Source: Carcharhinus longimanus (lineage: Eukaryota). Taken from it: a stretch of 64,000 bases of DNA. The stretch lies in contig JASCQW010000098.1 of assembly GCA_030264375.1 (NCBI GenBank), positions 46,505,109-46,569,108 on the forward strand, in the 5' to 3' direction. The notes below the pieces were generated by a model, which saw only the letters and a list, made by a program, of their open reading frames with translations, did no database searches and was not told where the DNA came from. Each line of letters opens with the position of its first letter. Position 1 is the first letter of the stretch. Shown in pieces: positions 50,613-63,724 of this stretch. Both the position numbers and the translations under genes were made by a program.

Positions 50613-51351
50613 CCAGTATAAATGACTCATTACTACAGCAAAAATTGTTAATCTAATGGACTGCAGAGCTAATAAAAGCAAGGAAGGATACAAATAAAGT
50701 ATTAAGATATGCAAGAAGGAGATTTTTAAAAACATACAAGGCACATCAAAGCAAAGAGTAGAAGTTTTCATAAATACTTTAAGAGAAAATGTGGGTGATA
50801 TTCAACTGTGGCATTGTCAGTTCCACAGCCCACAGTGTTCCTCTCCACAGTCACTGGTTGTGGGGTTTAAGCTCCAATTGGTGACCATGGAGTTATCTGA
50901 TCACTGATGGAGTTGGATTATGTGGAGTGGCAAACAGGTTTGTACTGATCACCACTACCTCCTGGAACCTTTGTTCTGTTCCCTGGTAAGATTTTATTTA
51001 CTTACTTTATTACTATTTCATGCTGCGTTGATGAGTTTCAACAAATTGTCCACCACATCGGCAAATGTCTTTCTTGTGTCAATTGCTATCATCTATTAGC
51101 ATTTGTTATAGATGCATTCACCACCAACGCCTTCAGCCCCCCTCAACCACTGGAGGCAGTGTGCTTTTATCTACCTTTTCTCTCATCCTTTCATAATTCT
51201 AAACACTTTCATCACATTGCCTCATAACCTTTCTTGTTTTAATTAAGAAAGGCCCAAGTTTTCAAATTGTTCTTTGTAGATATATTTCTGCATAACAGAA
51301 TACCATATCATTACATACTTGGATTGTTTAAAACTTAAAGCCACAAAATTA

Positions 51352-51353
<2 letters not shown>

Positions 51354-51387
<34 letters not shown>
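51354..51387. repeat. (GT)n microsatellite
   Basis: Uninterrupted GT dinucleotide run of about 34 bp. Confidence 0.95.
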
Positions 51388-51390
<3 letters not shown>

Positions 51391-51509
51391 GGGCTACCCT
51401 ACAATACCCNNNNNNNNNNNNNNNNNNNNNNNNNNNNNNNNNNNNNNNNNNNNNNNNNNNNNNNNNNNNNNNNNNNNNNNNNNNNNNNNNNNNNNNNNNN
51501 NNNNNNNNN

Positions 51510-51625
51510 GATAAAGGAGCAGTGCTTCGAAAGCTCGTGATTCCAAGTAAACCTGTTGGACTTTACCCTGATGTTGTGAGACTTCTTGCTGTGCCCATTC
51601 TAGTCCAACACTGGTATCTCTCTAC
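51510..51625 (+). mobile_element. Penelope-like 3' fragment
   Basis: ggagcagtgcttcGAAAGCTCgtg...aaacctgttggactttaccctgatgttgtgagacttc immediately after an N gap. Confidence 0.7.
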
Positions 51626-54624
51626 CTTATATCTTGCCTTTGCCTGGCCGAGTGCTCCATACCCCAGTGGCTGCATCATTGCTAGTGGAAGATTGCTGAC
51701 TTCCACTGGGGGAGGTTGCAGATGGCCTTGCAGGACCTGGCTTGAGGGCCCTGCTTTGGTCAGCATCACCTTAGCATGTGGACAAGAGCCTGGGTTGACT
51801 GGCATTGGCGAGTGGCAGGTGTTAAAGCCTAGATCCTGAGAGAGGACAGCAGTTGTGTTCCTGGACCCACTCCCAATCGCTCTGGCGCAGTGTCTCAGCA
51901 ATCCTAGTAACTTGCTAGAACACAGATTTCTGAAGTGTCCTTTGAGCACTGAGACCACAAGATTAGATGGTATGACCTGAGTGTGACTTTAGTCAGCAGC
52001 ACTGAGATACAAGTGGCTTCTGCCTGAGTTGCAATGGAAGATGAGGCAAAGGTAATCAGATGCTGCAGCACAAGCAGGTTGTCTGGCCACCACTTCCATA
52101 CTGGAAATGAATGTAAGGGTGGGAATAGCAGTCTTCAACCACAATGTTTCACTTCTCCTTGGATATGGGAGAGATGCCAGAGGATGGAAACATCGCAGAT
52201 GTTGCACCTGTTCAAATAAAGGAGAAGTAACTATAAAATTGTTACTCTAACATCAGTGGTGGAGGAGTTTAAGAGGAAAAGATTCGTTAGCTTACACAGA
52301 CTTGTATCAATTCCTCAGGGATAGCAGTGATCTGGGCTACCACCTGTGTGGCCTGTGTAAGATTCTTAAATGATATCAATAACAAACAGCACCCAGGCTC
52401 CGCTCTGCTCAATGGCCCGTGTCAAATCCACCATGTTTCTTGAAGTGACAACAGGCTATATGGCAGGACAGCAAATACACCAAATATCTCAGTGTTCATC
52501 CTTATCACCATTAGTACATCTAACAGTGCGAGAGGTCAGTGGTGTGTATGAGATCACATGTGGAGATGCATTCATTCAATTTAACCACCTATGTGCTTCT
52601 AGCACTGCTGTCAGGTCCTCTAGGTCTGATTCTTTGTGCTGGGTTTTGCGTTGCCCCCCCTCCGCCCACTCCATGCTTTTTGAAGATGTGTGACGGGCCA
52701 TTAGAATACACAGGGTGGCCTTCCTGCCACCTGCCCATCTGCTCCTGACCTGTCTAACAATTTATAGGATAGTGAGGGCCCTTGGGCCTTTTGACACCCT
52801 AAAATAACCTAGAGGGGGTTGTCTCCTTCCAATAGTATTTTACCCACAGTAAGGGAAGATCCAAGCCATGAGGCAATCCTGATAGCTTTGGCTGAGTGGG
52901 CTGGTGTCAGGGAAGGGGAAGAGAATCCTTTGTGGAGCCCTGGACCAATTAAAGCCACCACTGTGCCAAGGTCATCTCCTCTTTCAGCCCTCCCACCCTC
53001 TGGCCTCTTGGCCCCTACTCCCTTTGCCTTCATTGCTCACTGAGACCCATACCTTTGGATTTACCTGGGCTCCTCAGAATTGGGGACGATTTATGATCCT
53101 AGTCATAGCTACCATTCTGGAAGCTGGTGCCAGGACTGGGTGTAACTTCTTACTAAAATAGAGATGGAAAGCAATTAGTGTTTCTCCAGTTATATTGCAG
53201 TAGAGCTGTTGTCAGGGTCATGGGTGGCCTCCTGCCTGACATTTTAGTCAAAGGGATCAAAACACCCTAGAAAATCAAGTCCCAGGTGTTGACCTCCTTG
53301 CCATCTGCTTCCATCCTCTTTTGGTTGCTCCTGGAGGGCTTCCTGGCCCCATGGAAACACGGCCTCTCTCTCCCTATGGCCACGGCCTCCTCCAGTGCAC
53401 CCATGAACCTTGGAGCCCTTTCACTTCCCTGGGACTCTATTTGTTCAGCTTCTATTTTCTGCTAATTATAGTTCAGGCAGTCAGCAGCAGCTTCCTTGTA
53501 ATGAGTGTACTAGGCCTGCTGGAACATGTGCTCGCTGGAAATGCTGCTGCGTATTTGTTTAGCATTCAGCAAGCCAGCAGTGCGAGCCATGCTCGGCTGA
53601 AATCAAATAAGCGAGCAGGCAACATAAAGCACACGTGCTTTCTACTTCAATGCAACTGGGCAGAGGCAAATCATAAATCACTAACCTCGTGCCAAAAAGT
53701 GGGAGGAATCAACTGATTTAGTCCTCATATCCTTCTTATAATCTAATACTGTGCACAGAACTTTGAGGTCTTAATGTTTTATACAGCTCAGTATTGCCNN
53801 NNNNNNNNNNNNNNNNNNNNNNNNNNNNNNNNNNNNNNNNNNNNNNNNNNNNNNNNNNNNNNNNNNNNNNNNNNNNNNNNNNNNNNNNNNNNNNNNNNGA
53901 TGCCAGACTATCGCAATTAGGGGAATTTCACAGTAACTCCATTGCAGTGTTAACGTAAGCCTCACTTGTGACTAATAAACAAACTTTCAAAACTTTTAAC
54001 TTTAAATTCTGTCACCACTGTTGATGTCAGACCTGCTGAGATTTTCCAGCATTTTCCTTCTAAACCATCGGCTTGGTCCAAAGGGTCAGCTTGGTGTTAC
54101 CCCATGTGCGTACCATTCATGCATTCAGCCAACAAAACAATGCAGAAATTAAATCCTACACAGGTATTGCATTGTCTTTCTCAACAAGTAGTGCTTTGGC
54201 CTTACGATAAGTTCACTCAAAACGTACAATATAGAGATTTCTATAACTTGGAGCCAGACACACCACTCTTCAGAGAGCTTCAAGTCACTCTTGGGTGATT
54301 TTGTCTAAAAACTTGTCATGGGGTAAAAAAAAAAGCCCTTTTCAACCCCTCCGTCAGGACAGTCAAGGAAATTGAGTCTAATCTGACTGAGCGTGTTGAC
54401 AGAATGTTTCTGAAAATCGACTTCTAAAATACGCATGTGAAGCAAACTTTAAATACTTCATTAAGCAAATCCGTCATCAAAATATAAAAAAAGAGAGAAA
54501 TCACGGAGCTATAAAGAGAACCCAAAAAAAAAAAAATGGTCCATTCAACTTTCCCCAAACGGCTATGTACAATCTAGGCTATCAGTTACAGTCCCGAGAT
54601 AAATTGGTTGCTTATGGCACTCAC

Positions 54625-54718
54625 CAGAGCAGGTGGCAGACGGAAGAGGTGTGGTCAGGTAGATTAATTTTATGGTGTTTTCTTCTTAGGGGTAAAGGAT
54701 ATTCACGTAAAACCTTTG
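54625..54718 (-). other. Putative upstream exon (probably 5'UTR)
   Basis: Long pyrimidine tract tctgtctgtttttccctactcaatctccctag| and donor CTG|gtgagt bound 94 nt of unique DNA. Confidence 0.3.
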
Positions 54719-55114
54719 CTAGGGAGATTGAGTAGGGAAAAACAGACAGACCTGGAACTATACTGCGTTTTATTACATCTCAAATATCGCAGAGTTTTGA
54801 ATAAAATGCTTCCCTTTGAAGTGCATTGACTTCTGTATGTGAAGCGAGGCAGCCAACTTGCTCAAAGCAAAAGCACACAAATGGCAGTTGATAAAAGAAC
54901 TAATTCGTAAATCCAATTTTTATTTTGTGGAGTTGGTACGTATGCCAGGACACCACAAAAAACCTCCTGCTCTTCTGAACAATATCATTCATAGGAGCAT
55001 CTGATTCAAAGGACAAGACCCCCAGCAGTGTAACACTCCTCCTGTGCTTCAGTGGAGAGTGAACCTAAACTGTTTAAGTTCTGAAGTGAGATCTGATCCA
55101 GGATTTCTGAATAA

Positions 55115-55427
55115 GCAGTGGCACGATGGTTAGCACTGCTGCCTTACAGAACCAGGGACCCGGGTTTAATTCCAGTCTGGGGTGACAGTGTGAATGGAGT
55201 TTGCTCATTCTCTGTGACTGGGTGGGTTTCTTTCTGGTGCTCTGGTTTCCTCTCACCAAAGAGGCATGGGTTAGGTTGATTGGGCATTCTAAATTGCCCT
55301 TTAGTGACAGGGGTATTAGCAGGGTAAACGTGTGGGGTTATGGGGATAGAGCCTGTTGGGCTTGTTATTGGTACAGACTCAAGGGCTCAATAGCCTCCTT
55401 TTGCACTGTAGGATTCTACGATTCTAC
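55115..55427 (+). mobile_element. HE1-type V-SINE
   Basis: Head, V-domain and tail gcactgtaggattctacgattcta. Confidence 0.82.
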
Positions 55428-56122
55428 ACGCGTCAGCAATTGACAAATGCCACACGTCACCATACTGTGTGTAGAGAAGGCACGGAAGAAGTTAGTCCAA
55501 TGAACGGAATTCATCGTGCCTTCCCTCCTGCAAGACCTCAAACACTGAGCAAGTGAAAGTCCAGATTATTTACCTACCTTGCAATGCCACCATTTGAGCC
55601 TGGCTGTGACTACAGAGGTAAAAAGAAAACAATTCCACACCTTCCAGTTCCGTGGAATATTTCAGCATCTCAGTGAGGCCCAATTCATTTCTGACCTGTT
55701 CCCAATCAACTCAATACAGAAATTGACACCTCGTCTGAAGGCAGTCAGGGGGAATTGGGGGTGAGTGGGGCAAGAGATGCTGCTCATTCTACTTCAGCCT
55801 GGTTAATATCACCTAATTGAGCTCTCAAATTATTGAACCTAATGATTAGTCATTCAGTTCAAAAGGAAAATCTTTGCACATTTACTTTCTGACCTAATGT
55901 CACGATGACTGATTGAGTCAGCACTTGTTTTTTTTAAAAATACATCCATAGGTAATCAGTCATAGTCCACAACGGACCATCAGCACCTCCCCACATTAGA
56001 GACAGACGTTTGGTTCTATCACTTCAGGCGCACCGTTCTGCATCAAGTGTAAAGCATGGTAACCAACAGAACCAGTAAAAGGTATCAGACCCATGACTAT
56101 GGTATCATTCTGCCCCACACTG

Positions 56123-56421
56123 GTTTATTAGTGTCACAAGTAGGCTTATATTAACACTGCAATGAAGTTACTGTGAAAATCCCCTAGTTGCCACACTCTG
56201 GCGCCTGTTCGGGTACACTGAGGGAAAATTTAGCACAGCCAATATACCTAACCAGCATGTCTTTTGAACTATGGGAGGAAACCCGAACATCCAGAGGAAA
56301 CCCATGCAGACACAGGAAGAATGTGCAGACTCCGCACAAACAGTGACACAGGCCAAGAATTGAACCCGGGTTCCTGGTGCTGTGAGACAGCAGTGCTAAC
56401 CACTGTGCCACCGTGCCACCC
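56123..56421 (-). mobile_element. V-SINE type B
   Basis: Reverse complement of head, V-domain and type B tail. Isolated type B tails also occur at 40102-40200 and 53900-53990 beside gaps. Confidence 0.82.
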
Positions 56422-59400
56422 ACATGGAGTGGCAGAGCTAATAAAAGCAACAAAGGATACAAATAATCTATTAAGATGGGAAGGGAATTTTTAAAAACAT
56501 GCAAGTTATATCAATGCAAATAGTAGAAGTTTTCATAAATATATCAAGAGAAAGTGTGGGTGACATTCAATTGTGGCATGGTCAGTTCTACAGCCCACAG
56601 ATAAAATACTTTGTGAGAAAACCGAGCCCTTTTCAGATAATTTCACTAAGGGCTCTTTGAACTGTATTATACTGTAATAAGGTCTTTTGTGACAGTGTTT
56701 TAATTTTTTTGCTGCCACTCACTATTCCTTTATTGGCTACTTGGTGATAAAAGCTGTTCAATGAAGAGACTGCTCATGATCCTGGTGAAGAATTCACAAA
56801 CAAAGGGTTGGCATTGTTATGAGAGCCACACATTTATCAGAGCCATCCAAATGAAATTTCTGAAGCATGGACCAAGCTGGTGACACACTGTAATATGCAC
56901 AAGCTTGGATCTCCTTGAAATTTTACAATTTTTTTTCCTCAGAATATGGGCATTGCCAGCATTTATTGTCTTTCCCTAAATATCCCTGTGAAGATACTGG
57001 TGAGCCATCTTCTTGAGCCACCTGTTGTGTTATGCTGCATGCCTTACAGCTTGCTGCTGCAATGATGCAAAGTCCTGGCCGAGGAAGATCTGGCATTCCT
57101 GAGATGATGAATCGGAAATGGACCCTACACACAAACAACAGAAGCCAAACCCATCACTGCTGCACAAGAGGATCGGTCAGGAGTGGGTGCCAGAAAAACA
57201 CGGCTATTTCTCATAATATGGTGGACTTTAAATAACAAGATCATTGTTTGACATAGTCTTCCAATCTGTGACATTGTTTGAGTATTCAAAGCAATTATCA
57301 CAAGGGCTAGAATCTCATAGCTGTGATGACTGCAGTGAGGATGGCTGTTAGCACGCATATGATCACGCAATCTTGAGCTAAAAACCCTTTAGACCAATAT
57401 TCATCCACAACAACACATCACAATCATTTAATAAAGATAATCAAAACAACCTCTCACAGAGCCAAAGAAAATGAGAACCTATGATGTCCCATGTGTGTCT
57501 GTTGTGATTTCTTAATTATTTCATGTGTGCTGTACGTGGTGCCCATTCTTCACTGCCAGCTGTGCCAGAGCCAACTCGGTGACCTCAATTCCCCTTTGCT
57601 TGGGATAGCCTTGGCTGGTGTCCTCTGACCGCTTGAGCTCACATTGGTTCCAACGTGTTGAGGAACTCCTGCAAATGGCAGGAGCCTAGTCATTGCCATG
57701 GCATTCTAGAACCATAGAACCCACAGAATCCCTACAGCTCAGAAGGAGACCTCTCAGCCCATTGAGTCTGCAGCAACTCTCTGAAAGAGCATCTTACCCA
57801 GACCCGCCAGAGATCCCCTTCCTCTTCATCAGATTTCAATGCCAGTCCTTTGGGAATAGTGGCTGCTGGGGCTGATGACTGAGCTATTGGAGAAGAGATA
57901 AAGATTATCTACCCTCTATTCTTCAAAGGAGGCTGAATAAGAGATTGCCACATTTCAGAAATATGCTCTGGCCCTGGTGTAATGTGAATCCCTCCCATCC
58001 TTCCAATGAGACAAACACACTCCTCCCTCTGCCACAACAAAGCTCCTTGTTTATGCATTCTGGTCACTGCCCAATCATGAACCCCTTCTCCACATCCCAT
58101 GCCTATCACCTGCACACCCTCCCAAAGCTGACAGCCCACATCAGGAACAAGGTTTGCCACTCACCCCTGCAGAATGGAAAAGGTTGTTCAGTTTCTTGTG
58201 GCACTGCAGCCTTGGGTGACCCCAAAGCTGCTGACCTCCTCTGCCACCTCCATCCAGGCTTGCTTAGTATGGTGGGAAGATCTTCTCCCCATCCTGCGGA
58301 ATGAGAACATTCTGATGTTCAGTTGCCGCCTGGAGGAGTCATCATCAAACTGTCAAATCTGCCAATGCTCTTAGCAGCCACTGCCATGCGAGGAAGGGAA
58401 TGGACACTCTGATCTAGTGCAAGGCTGCCCTGAATGAGCAATGATATTTCATCCTATGTTATCCGGGACTGGCACAAGACACAGCTGGCATAATAGCCAC
58501 CAGAATGATGACAGATATTCTGCCCATAGATCCTTGCCTCTTTAATCCTCTGGAACCAGTGCTACTGTTCCTCAAAAATGACAATCTGCTAATTAATTCT
58601 GCTGGCCCTGAACATGCTCCCCATTGTTGGCTGTCCTTTAATTAAACACAGGAATCTACTTCTGGTCATGGCCTGACCTCACTATCTGATCTGATGTGGT
58701 GCTCCCAGACCAGACTTGGTTGCTAATTGGTTGGCCAGAACTTAATCACATCATCCCTTCCAGCTCCCTGATCTCGCAAGAGAACATTAAATACAGCCCA
58801 ATGGGTTTTGAAAGGTTGTTTGGCTTTGTGAACATCACAGGAGATTTTGATCCTACCTTTATCCAACATTTATACAAATGTAATCTTCTGCATGAGGGTA
58901 CTGGTGATAGCTTCCTTCCCTAGTTGAATCATACTGAGTAGTTTTGGAAAGATAAACTATTTATTAAACACAACTTTCACACTGAGCTATTAACGAACAG
59001 TTAATTAAATACTTGTGATATGATTGACTAGCAAATAGGCCGCAATTACCAATACAGTCTAAGTGAAATATTAATTTAAAAATCAAATTGATATAGGCAA
59101 AGTTATGAAAAAGGATTGTCAACATATCAGAAATAACAGGCTTACATGAGGCAGCACTACATGGTTAATAGCCATGTAAGAATAAGAAAATCAAAATACA
59201 ACATGGAACTTCTATAGTGGTTGAGCTGCAATAGAGACTGTGATTATAGGAAAGCAAAGCATCAAGTATAATTCTCAACAGCAAACTAGAACAAAATGCT
59301 TTCACAATTAAATGTATCTTTATAATTCTATAAGTTTATGCAGAATGGTGACGAATGGGATTCAGGCTTAGACAACAAATATTCTGTTAAATTATTCCTA

Positions 59401-62400
59401 AAAATTATCCAAACATGCATGCACAGACTTTTTATTATATACTGTTTATATTTGTTTCTGGAGGCATTCAAATTACAAAAATAAACACACCGTATCATGC
59501 AGCACAACATTAAGCAGTAACATACTGCAATTCCACTTAACACCCAGTTCCAAGTACAATTTATCGAGTAACATCATGCCCTGCCAGAAATAATCTTAAA
59601 ACTCCAAACTTCCTAACGGAAGTTTGCATGTAGTCTGGAATGTCTGACCCAGGATCTAATACTCACAGATAAGTGCAATGGTCACAATTGTACAACCAGA
59701 AGACAAAGTTCACAAGCTCAGCTCCTTCAAATCATCAAACAACAAAAAGCTCAACAATCATTGAATATCGAAGAATTGTTTAAAATATTCAGGAACAAGC
59801 CCCCATTTTAGTTTTCTTACCTTCTGAAGAGATTTTGATGATAAAGGTTTACTAAGCTCATCTGCCGTACAATCCAAGGTATTTGAATCAAACAATACAC
59901 TCGTAGCTTGAGTAACTGATTATGAGTCAATTGAGGGTAGCTCTTTCCGAGGTATGTCTGGACTTGTGTCTGTCTGAGGTATGTTGCTTCACCTGCCTTT
60001 AGCTGGAAGTATTACTGCATGTTTACACTGATCCAGTCTCCAACTGCCGGTTAGATTGCCAAACACATCCTTACATCTTCTCAGTGATTAATGGGTGCAC
60101 TAGAGTGGGGATTAAAACATACGCTGAAGAAAATGTCTTCAAGAAAAAGTGTGTTTCAAGCTTCTCCAAAACACTGAAGTTTCCTGTTTAGTGATTTAAT
60201 GTAAACTCATTTTTTTTCATGAACGTAGGTAAGTTTCATAACAAGCAAAAAAAGTTTTTTTTTAAAGTTGGAAATCTGCCTTCTAATTATGTTGGAGCGT
60301 GGCGTGAAATTACATATCTCTTCATTTCCTACCAAACCTCTGTTCACTCACATGTGTCTGAACATGCTGGATGCTTCTGATAGTTGGGCGGATGCACATT
60401 CTTTCATTTGTGTTCACAGCGGAGGCATCATCTAACAATTTATTCTAATTGGCTGCTNNNNNNNNNNNNNNNNNNNNNNNNNNNNNNNNNNNNNNNNNNN
60501 NNNNNNNNNNNNNNNNNNNNNNNNNNNNNNNNNNNNNNNNNNNNNNNNNNNNNNNNNNNNNNNNNNNNNNNNNNNNNNNNNNNNNNNNNNNNNNNNNNNN
60601 NNNNNNNNNNNNNNNNNNNNNNNNNNNNNNNNNNNNNNNNNNNNNNNNNNNNNNNNNNNNNNNNNNNNNNNNNNNNNNNNNNNNNNNNNNNNNNNNNNNN
60701 NNNNNNNNNNNNNNNNNNNNNNNNNNNNNNNNNNNNNNNNNNNNNNNNNNNNNNNNNNNNNNNNNNNNNNNNNNNNNNNNNNNNNNNNNNNNNNNNNNNN
60801 NNNNNNNNNNNNNNNNNNNNNNNNNNNNNNNNNNNNNNNNNNNNNNNNNNNNNNNNNNNNNNNNNNNNNNNNNNNNNNNNNNNNNNNNNNNNNNNNNNNN
60901 NNNNNNNNNNNNNNNNNNNNNNNNNNNNNNNNNNNNNNNNNNNNNNNNNNNNNNNNNNNNNNNNNNNNNNNNNNNNNNNNNNNNNNNNNNNNNNNNNNNN
61001 NNNNNNNNNNNNNNNNNNNNNNNNNNNNNNNNNNNNNNNNNNNNNNNNNNNNNNNNNNNNNNNNNNNNNNNNNNNNNNNNNNNNNNNNNNNNNNNNNNNN
61101 NNNNNNNNNNNNNNNNNNNNNNNNNNNNNNNNNNNNNNNNNNNNNNNNNNNNNNNNNNNNNNNNNNNNNNNNNNNNNNNNNNNNNNNNNNNNNNNNNNNN
61201 NNNNNNNNNNNNNNNNNNNNNNNNNNNNNNNNNNNNNNNNNNNNNNNNNNNNNNNNNNNNNNNNNNNNNNNNNNNNNNNNNNNNNNNNNNNNNNNNNNNN
61301 NNNNNNNNNNNNNNNNNNNNNNNNNNNNNNNNNNNNNNNNNNNNNNNNNNNNNNNNNNNNNNNNNNNNNNNNNNNNNCAGGTCTTTACCAGCAGCAGACA
61401 GTAAACGAAATGTGAATGGTGTGCCTTTCTGGCAAACAAGTAATTGAGAGCTGGTTAAGTTAGGTAAACATCCAATTGACTGGATTTACAAAGATTACAC
61501 AGAGGCCAAGGGAAGCCAGGGCTCTAGCAGATATTTAAAGGCAAAATTGTACTGGCAGCTGAGATGAATTCTATACTTGACAGCTGCTGGGTGAGGCAGC
61601 ATGCCTTCACAGGAATGCTGGGGCAGTATTCCACAAGGAAAGAGAGTCCAGGAGCTTTGGGGATGAGCCTCCAAAGTTCTATCTGGCTGCTGACATATGG
61701 GTCCAGTTAGAGGGACTGGGAGGATAGTGGATAGTGTGTGTTGAGGAGCCAATAACTGAATGGCCCTTCAGAACAGCAGCACTTGTGTGCTAATGGCATC
61801 ATCCACTCAGGAGGTGGGTCCTCTAATGAGGAGGAGAACTTGAGGGGACAGAATTGCAGAGACAGAGATATGGACAGTAACAAACACATGGCCACCTGCA
61901 GGGACCGCTTTGGGGATGGGGTGGGTGAAAAGTATGGCAAAAGGCCATAGAGGACATTGCAAGGAGGTGCCAGTAAGGAGAAGAAGGTACCGTAGCAAGG
62001 GAATACATTCAAAGGATGAACTACTTCCAGATGTCAGAATGGAAGTGCTACCACTCTGCCTCCAATTTGCTAACATATTTACTCTTCATTCCCTGTCTGA
62101 CTGTTTGGGGGTCTGTAGTGATTGCCCTTTTATTAATTTTCAGTTCAAATCATATGGTCTCATTTGATGATCTTTACATACCTTATCCATTCTCACAGCT
62201 GACCTTATTCCTTTTTTAATTCCCCCTTTTAGACCTTCCAAAATCCCTTTAACAAGAAATGTTGAGTTACCATCTCTGCTTTTTTTAAGTTTCAGTGATA
62301 TCTCTGTGATATCAAACTCCCTCATGTCTATCTGTTATTCTGCCTTATTCACTAGAGTCCTTGCATTGAAGTCCATACCATTATTTACTGAGCAAGGTTT

Positions 62401-63377
62401 TTTCCCTGGCTTTGTGCGCTGCTATTATCACCTGATGAACTAAATTCTGGTTAAGAAAGTGAAAGTGAAGTTCTCGTATTACTAGAAGCATAACCAATAC
62501 CCAGTGAAATTAACAGTGATTATAGTTATTGATGTATCTGGCTGCTCACTCCGCCTGCCTAGCACCTTGATCCTGCTTGTATCTGTGGTGAGAACGCAAA
62601 GGGAAAACGAAATTTTGAGAATAAGCAATATGGAAAACATGTGGTTAGAACAAAAGCATTGTTATGAAGTGGTGACAAACATGATTCAGAAGGCTAAACA
62701 GACTTAATCTCCAACCGTGCAATGGTAAAATTGAGTTGAGCTGGCCCATGGCACATTTGTCCAGTGTGATTTAAATATCAAAAGCAAGTGAGGAAAATGA
62801 AGGAAAATACCAGCAGAATAACCACCAAAACCGTAAAAATGGCAGACTACCTGACAATAAACACTAATAAAAGGGTAAGATGCATTAATTCTGAATGTGA
62901 AAAAAAATCCAAACCTTTGCCAATAAACCATGTTGGAATTAATGTTCCTTCACTATCACTGGAACTATGTCGCCACCAATCCTTGTCTGTTGCTGGGTAA
63001 AAAGCATGGGACTCCTGTCTGAAAAGCACTATGGGGGTACCTATATCTGTGACTACTGCAGTTCAAGAAGCTGGCTCACCACCGCCTTCACAAGGGCAAG
63101 TAAGAATGAGCAATAAATGCTGGTCTAGCCGTGAATGAGTAAAAATAAACTAAGCTCCTGTAAAGGAAACCTTACTGAGCAATCCAGACAACAGTGTTAT
63201 CAATGTCCCTGTTCTATAAATGAACTCAATGCTGGAGGCTGAGACTCTGAAAAACAAACAAAATCTGACTGCATGCCATTAGAATAATTTTCTGCATGTG
63301 TTTCACAGCATCCTGGGATGAAACCATTACAGATATTCCCTGAATAATGGGCGTTAACTTTCAAGATCATATTGGTG

Positions 63378-63706
63378 GATGACATGGTGGCACAGTGGTT
63401 AGTGCTGCTGCCTCATAGTGCCAAGGATCTGGATTAGATTCCTGGCTTGCGTCACTGTCTGTGTGGAGTTTGCATGTTCTCCCCGTGTCTGCATGAGTTT
63501 CCTCCGGGTGCTCTGGTTTTCTCCCACAGTCCAAAGATGTGCAGGTTAGATGGATTGGCCATGCTAAATTGCCCCCCAGTGTCAGGGGGACTAGCTAGGA
63601 TAAATATATGAGGTTATGGTGATAGGGCCTGGATGGGATTATGGTCGGTACAGACTTGATTGGCTGAATGGCCTCCTTCTGCACTGTAGGATTCTATGAT
63701 TCTATC
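63378..63706 (+). mobile_element. HE1-type V-SINE
   Basis: Full element ending gattctatgattctat. Confidence 0.88.
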
Positions 63707-63724
63707 TATGATATTCTGCATTCA

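Noticed and set aside
58300-58500. Possible Harbinger transposase remnant (and a Myb-like remnant near 52330-52440)
   Set aside because: The resemblance is impressionistic, with no continuous frame; it needs tBLASTn before being called.
59821-59860. Coding orthologue of the upstream human AMOTL1 exon
   Set aside because: The frame needed to join the 3984 acceptor has a TAA ten codons upstream, no ATG, and no similarity to the human peptide.
60384-61447. Long ORFs of 332-343 aa
   Set aside because: Translations of an N gap.
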